DNA from: Cyanophora paradoxa CCMP329
Lineage: Eukaryota > Plantae > Glaucophyta
Reading direction: 5' to 3'
Assembly (NCBI GenBank): GCA_004431415.1
Contig: QPMI01000391.1
Span: forward strand, 1 to 21,218
Length of the DNA stretch: 21,218 nt
In this document: one piece after another, positions 9,861 through 21,218 of the stretch
How positions within the stretch are numbered: the stretch's first letter is position 1
Layout: every line of letters starts with the position of its first letter
Notes under the pieces: generated by a model
What the model saw: the letters and a program-made list of their open reading frames with translations, nothing else
Told to the model about the DNA's origin: nothing
The model's database searches: none
Made by a program: the position numbers and the translations under genes

Positions 9861-11821
9861 ATGGGCACCGCGATAATTGGGCATGTCTGCCAATGCAAGG
9901 CCTCACCTCACTTTGCAGGAGGCTTTGTTGCATCCTGCATTCAAGCTGCAGTCCAACAGTGGAGAGCGATTGGAGCCAATGATGTCGTGCTCAACTGGAT
10001 CTTGCATGGTTTCCCTTTGTCAGGAGCGAGGCGGCTGCCAGCAGAGCGCCGGGCCAACCACAAGTCTGCGGCTGTGGACCATCAGGACTTTGTGAGAACC
10101 GAAATTCAGAAGCTTTTGCGCACGGGAGCGATCAGAGAAGTTGAAGAAGCTCAAGTGAACATTGTCTGCTCACTGTCCGTGGTGCCCAAGAAGACTGGAT
10201 CCAAGTTGCGGCTCATCTGGGATGGCCGGCCTACCAATAAAGGCCTTCCGGACATCCCCTTCAAGTATGAGACTCTTGAGCATGTTGCAGCCATGCTGCG
10301 CCAAGGCTGGTACATGTTCACTATTGACCTTGAATCTGGATACCACCACGTGCCAGTCTCACCGCAAGACTGGCGGAACATGGGCTTTGAGTTTGACAGC
10401 AAATTCTATGTGTACACAGTTTTGCCCTTCGGCCTCAAGCACTCACCGTTTGCATTCGTCAAGATCATGCGACAAGTGGTCAACTACTTCCGCCGCTTTG
10501 GCATCTTCGTGGTGAACTATGTTGACGACTGGTGGTTTGCTGCTCCAACCTACGAGAAGGCCTGTGAATTGCGGGATTTCGTCCTCAAAACATTTGCTGC
10601 CCTCAAGCTTGTGGTCAACAGCAAATCTGAGCTCACCCCAGCACAGTCGGTGCTTTCTTGGGCTTCATAGTGGACTCCGCCCGCATGTTGTTTGAAGTAC
10701 CCCAAGACAAGCTTGGTCGTCTGCTTGCTTTGATCAAAGGGCTTCTGAAGAAAAAGAAATCAGCATCTGCACGTGAAATGGCCAAGGTCGCCGGCACCCT
10801 TGTGTCCATGGCACGGGCTTGGCTCCAGCTCGCATCAAGACCAGGTCCTCTTTCGATACATCAATGTCGTGGCAAGAGAATGGCATTGGAATCATCCAGT
10901 GGAGCTCACCAATGAGACTCGTCGGGAACTTGAGTGGTGGCTGGCCAACATCCACCGATACAATGGCCGCTGCCCTATTCGGCCTGAAAGGCTCCTTGTG
11001 TTGACTACGGATGCAAGCCATGTTGGTGCAGGAGCCTGGATCACTACCCGAATTGGTGATGCTCAACCTGTGGCTTGGGAGCTTGAGCCTGCCCCATTCC
11101 AGTGCCTGTGGAACCAAGAAGAAGCTCAGCAAATTTCGTCGTGGCGCGAGTTAATGGCAGTGCTTCGCGCTATGCAGCACTATCAAGGTTTATTGCGCAA
11201 TCAGAACATCTTAGTTCGCTCGGACAACACAGTGACTGTGGCCTACATCAACAATGGTGGCGGAAGACATGAATACCTTTGCCGAGTTGCAGCAGCAATT
11301 TGGGATATTGCTCTGCTCAATTGCATCAGCATTGAAGCAGAACACATTCTGGTGTTGACAATGAGTGGTCCGATGCTTTGAGTCGCTACTTTTACCCCGC
11401 CGACTACTCTTTGAAACCTGGGTATTTTGCCATGGTCAGTCGGACATTTGGACCTTTTGATATTGATCGTATGGCCTCATCAGCCAACACTCACCTAAAT
11501 CGATACTTTTCCATTGATTTGAATGATCGACATGCTGAAGGATATGATTGCTTTACAGCAACCTGGCGTGGTGCTCGTAATTACGTCTTTCCGGACCCAA
11601 ATGTCCTCTTGCACCTTGTGTCACATGTCCGCCAGTGTAGGGCCTCGGCAGTTTTTATTGTCCCTCAGTGGCCCTCAGCTCCATGGTGGCCACAGTTGCA
11701 GCTTGCCTTGCGTGCACCTGCAATGGTGCTTGGCCCAGCATATGACGTGTGCTATCGCGGGCCTCGCTCGGCACAGTTACCTTCCTGGATTCTTGTTGCT
11801 CTTTATGTGTCGTGGGAGTAG
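9861..11821 (+). CDS. pol: Pol: reverse transcriptase + RNase H + DIRS-type N6-adenine methyltransferase-like domain, broken by four apparent 1-nt deletions
   Basis: RT motifs VVPKK..KLRLIWDGR, IDLESGYHH, LPFGLKHSP, YVDD. RNase H motifs TTDAS, RELMAV, SDNTVTVAYINNGGGR, HI(P)GVDNEWSDALSR. MT-like segment FGPFDIDRMAS...NYVFPDP...IVPQWPSAPWW. Frame breaks at ~10655, ~10820, ~10846, ~11349. Confidence 0.92.
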
Positions 11822-11976
11822 ATTGAAGGCTCTTGCTGCAGAATTCAACTCCTGCTCATCTCTGCTCAGCTTACTTTGTCCAGCAACAGGGATAGAAAGC
11901 TTGAGTGGGGGCTTTAAAAAGAAGAAGAAGAAATGTAGTCTGACATACCCTTGACTCTGGTGATGCAGGTGCTCGT

Positions 11977-12978
11977 ATGGCTGATCTGCTCAACCGGGTC
12001 ACTTTCTACAGAACAAACTCTGTGAGCGAGCGAACCCAAAGCCTCTACGCCCGCTGGGTCGTCCTCTATGAAGGCCATTGCGCGGTTCACTGCATTCCAG
12101 CCTGGCCACCAACAGCTTCTGGCGTCGCAACACTGCTGGTGGCTCTTGCTGATGAAGAGTACGGTCTCTCAGCAATTGACCAGTGTCACTCTGCTCTGCT
12201 ACATCAGACAAGGCAGAGGATGTTGCCTACTACTGCATTTGCTCACCCCCTTGTGCTGCAAACATTGCAAGGAATCGCCCGACTTTGTGGAAAACCAGCA
12301 AAGCAATCTGCATTGGTCACGTCCGTCCACCTGGAGGCGATTGCTCGTACCTACGCTCGTTCCCCCTCAAACAAGCTCCTTCGCGCCCTTGTGATGTTGC
12401 TTACCGGTTTCTTTGGCCTGTTGCGGCGTGGCGAAATCGTGGCACTCCGGCGGCAAGATGTGTCCATCCGCGCGGATCGCGTCGTGCTCTTCATTGCCGG
12501 TTCCAAGACCGATCGTCGTCGCCAAGGCGCGCAAGTTGTCTTGGGCGCCGTCCCAGAGTCGGTCATCTGTCCGGTGTTCTGGTTTCGAACCTACTTGCGG
12601 ACTCTAGCGCTCGCGGATCCGGGCGCACCTCTTTTTGGGCAGCTTCGGGACGCAGCTCGTTCTCTGTCAGCTCAGACCGTGGCCTATGTTCTCCGGTTCG
12701 CATTTGACGCGGCGGGCTTGGACGCCACTGGTATCACACCTCATGGCTTGCGTCGCGGTGGAGCTACTGCTCTGGCTGCTGCGGGCGTGCCTGAAGAGCT
12801 TGTTCAAGCGGTTGGTCGCTGGTCTTTGTTGTCAGCGGTCTACCGACGCTATATCGATTCTGCTGAGCGCCCGCCCTTGGCTGCGCTCATGGCTAGGCCT
12901 GGTGCTCGTTACGCTGGCCCGTCAGCTTCGCTGCAGTCATGTCGGCAGCAAGTCGCGCGTACTCGGCGCAGTAGTTGA
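11977..12978 (+). CDS. Tyrosine recombinase (DIRS-type integrase)
   Basis: Catalytic residues in order: GLLRRGE (R), SKTD (K), HGLRRGGAT (H-x-x-R), GRW (W), YRRY (Y). N-terminal core-binding-like helical region. Uninterrupted 333-aa ORF. Confidence 0.95.
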   Translation: MADLLNRVTFYRTNSVSERTQSLYARWVVLYEGHCAVHCIPAWPPTASGVATLLVALADEEYGLSAIDQCHSALLHQTRQRMLPTTAFAHPLVLQTLQGIARLCGKPAKQSALVTSVHLEAIARTYARSPSNKLLRALVMLLTGFFGLLRRGEIVALRRQDVSIRADRVVLFIAGSKTDRRRQGAQVVLGAVPESVICPVFWFRTYLRTLALADPGAPLFGQLRDAARSLSAQTVAYVLRFAFDAAGLDATGITPHGLRRGGATALAAAGVPEELVQAVGRWSLLSAVYRRYIDSAERPPLAALMARPGARYAGPSASLQSCRQQVARTRRSS

Positions 12979-13385
12979 TTGTCTAGTCTTAGAGTCTTGC
13001 TTCGCAGTTGTGCGCCTTTGCTGTGCTGTCGGCGCTTGTCTCCCTCGCTCACAAGCGAGGGCAAGCTGTGTAACTTGCTGAGCGGCTTGTTCCTAGCCGC
13101 TCGAGCGGCTTTGCTTAGCCGCTTTCAATGTGTGTTAGCAATGCCCATTGTTTACTATGCCTTCAGTCATCTTTAAGCCATTGTTAGTGCCAACCATTGA
13201 TATCTTTTGATGAATAATTGATCAACAATTGATCACTAATGTTCAATCATTCTACGTCCGCAAGACTCACTCTGCAGCGTGCGCTAGCTGATGTCCTCGA
13301 GCGCAGTTGCAGCTTGCCCTTCTTGTGAGCGAGCGAGTCATGATCTTAGCTTCGCGGCTTTGGCAAGCGCGAATCTAGACCTTCA

Positions 13386-21218
<7,833 letters not shown>

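Noticed and set aside
11977-12978. Prophage, integron or bacterial contaminant integrase; retron/DGR-type RT system
   Set aside because: YR is linked to DIRS-type RT-RNaseH-MT and a CCHC gag within intron-rich eukaryotic genes; no template/variable repeat pair or phage genes.

Overview
Very GC-rich, intron-dense eukaryotic DNA; the organism cannot be determined from the sequence. Most long ORFs in the supplied track are GC-driven read-throughs of short introns. Host genes: the 3' part of an unknown + strand gene (1-~2555), a - strand VPS9-domain gene (~3320-6193), a possible small two-exon gene (6765-7119), and a - strand ABCC/MRP ABC transporter (13613 to beyond 21218) with about 50 short introns, roughly 15 with GC donors. 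Between them is a lower-GC DIRS1-like tyrosine-recombinase retrotransposon locus (7581-13417) of unusual build. Gag and RT-RNaseH-MT/YR are not in one continuous unit. They sit in two modules that share identical terminal sequences and are joined by identical right-end/left-end junctions. A DIRS-type internal complementary region (ICR) follows the gag module, and an exact 65-bp direct repeat flanks the whole insert. Best reading: a candidate bipartite (segmented) DIRS-like retroelement integrated as a permuted heterodimer.
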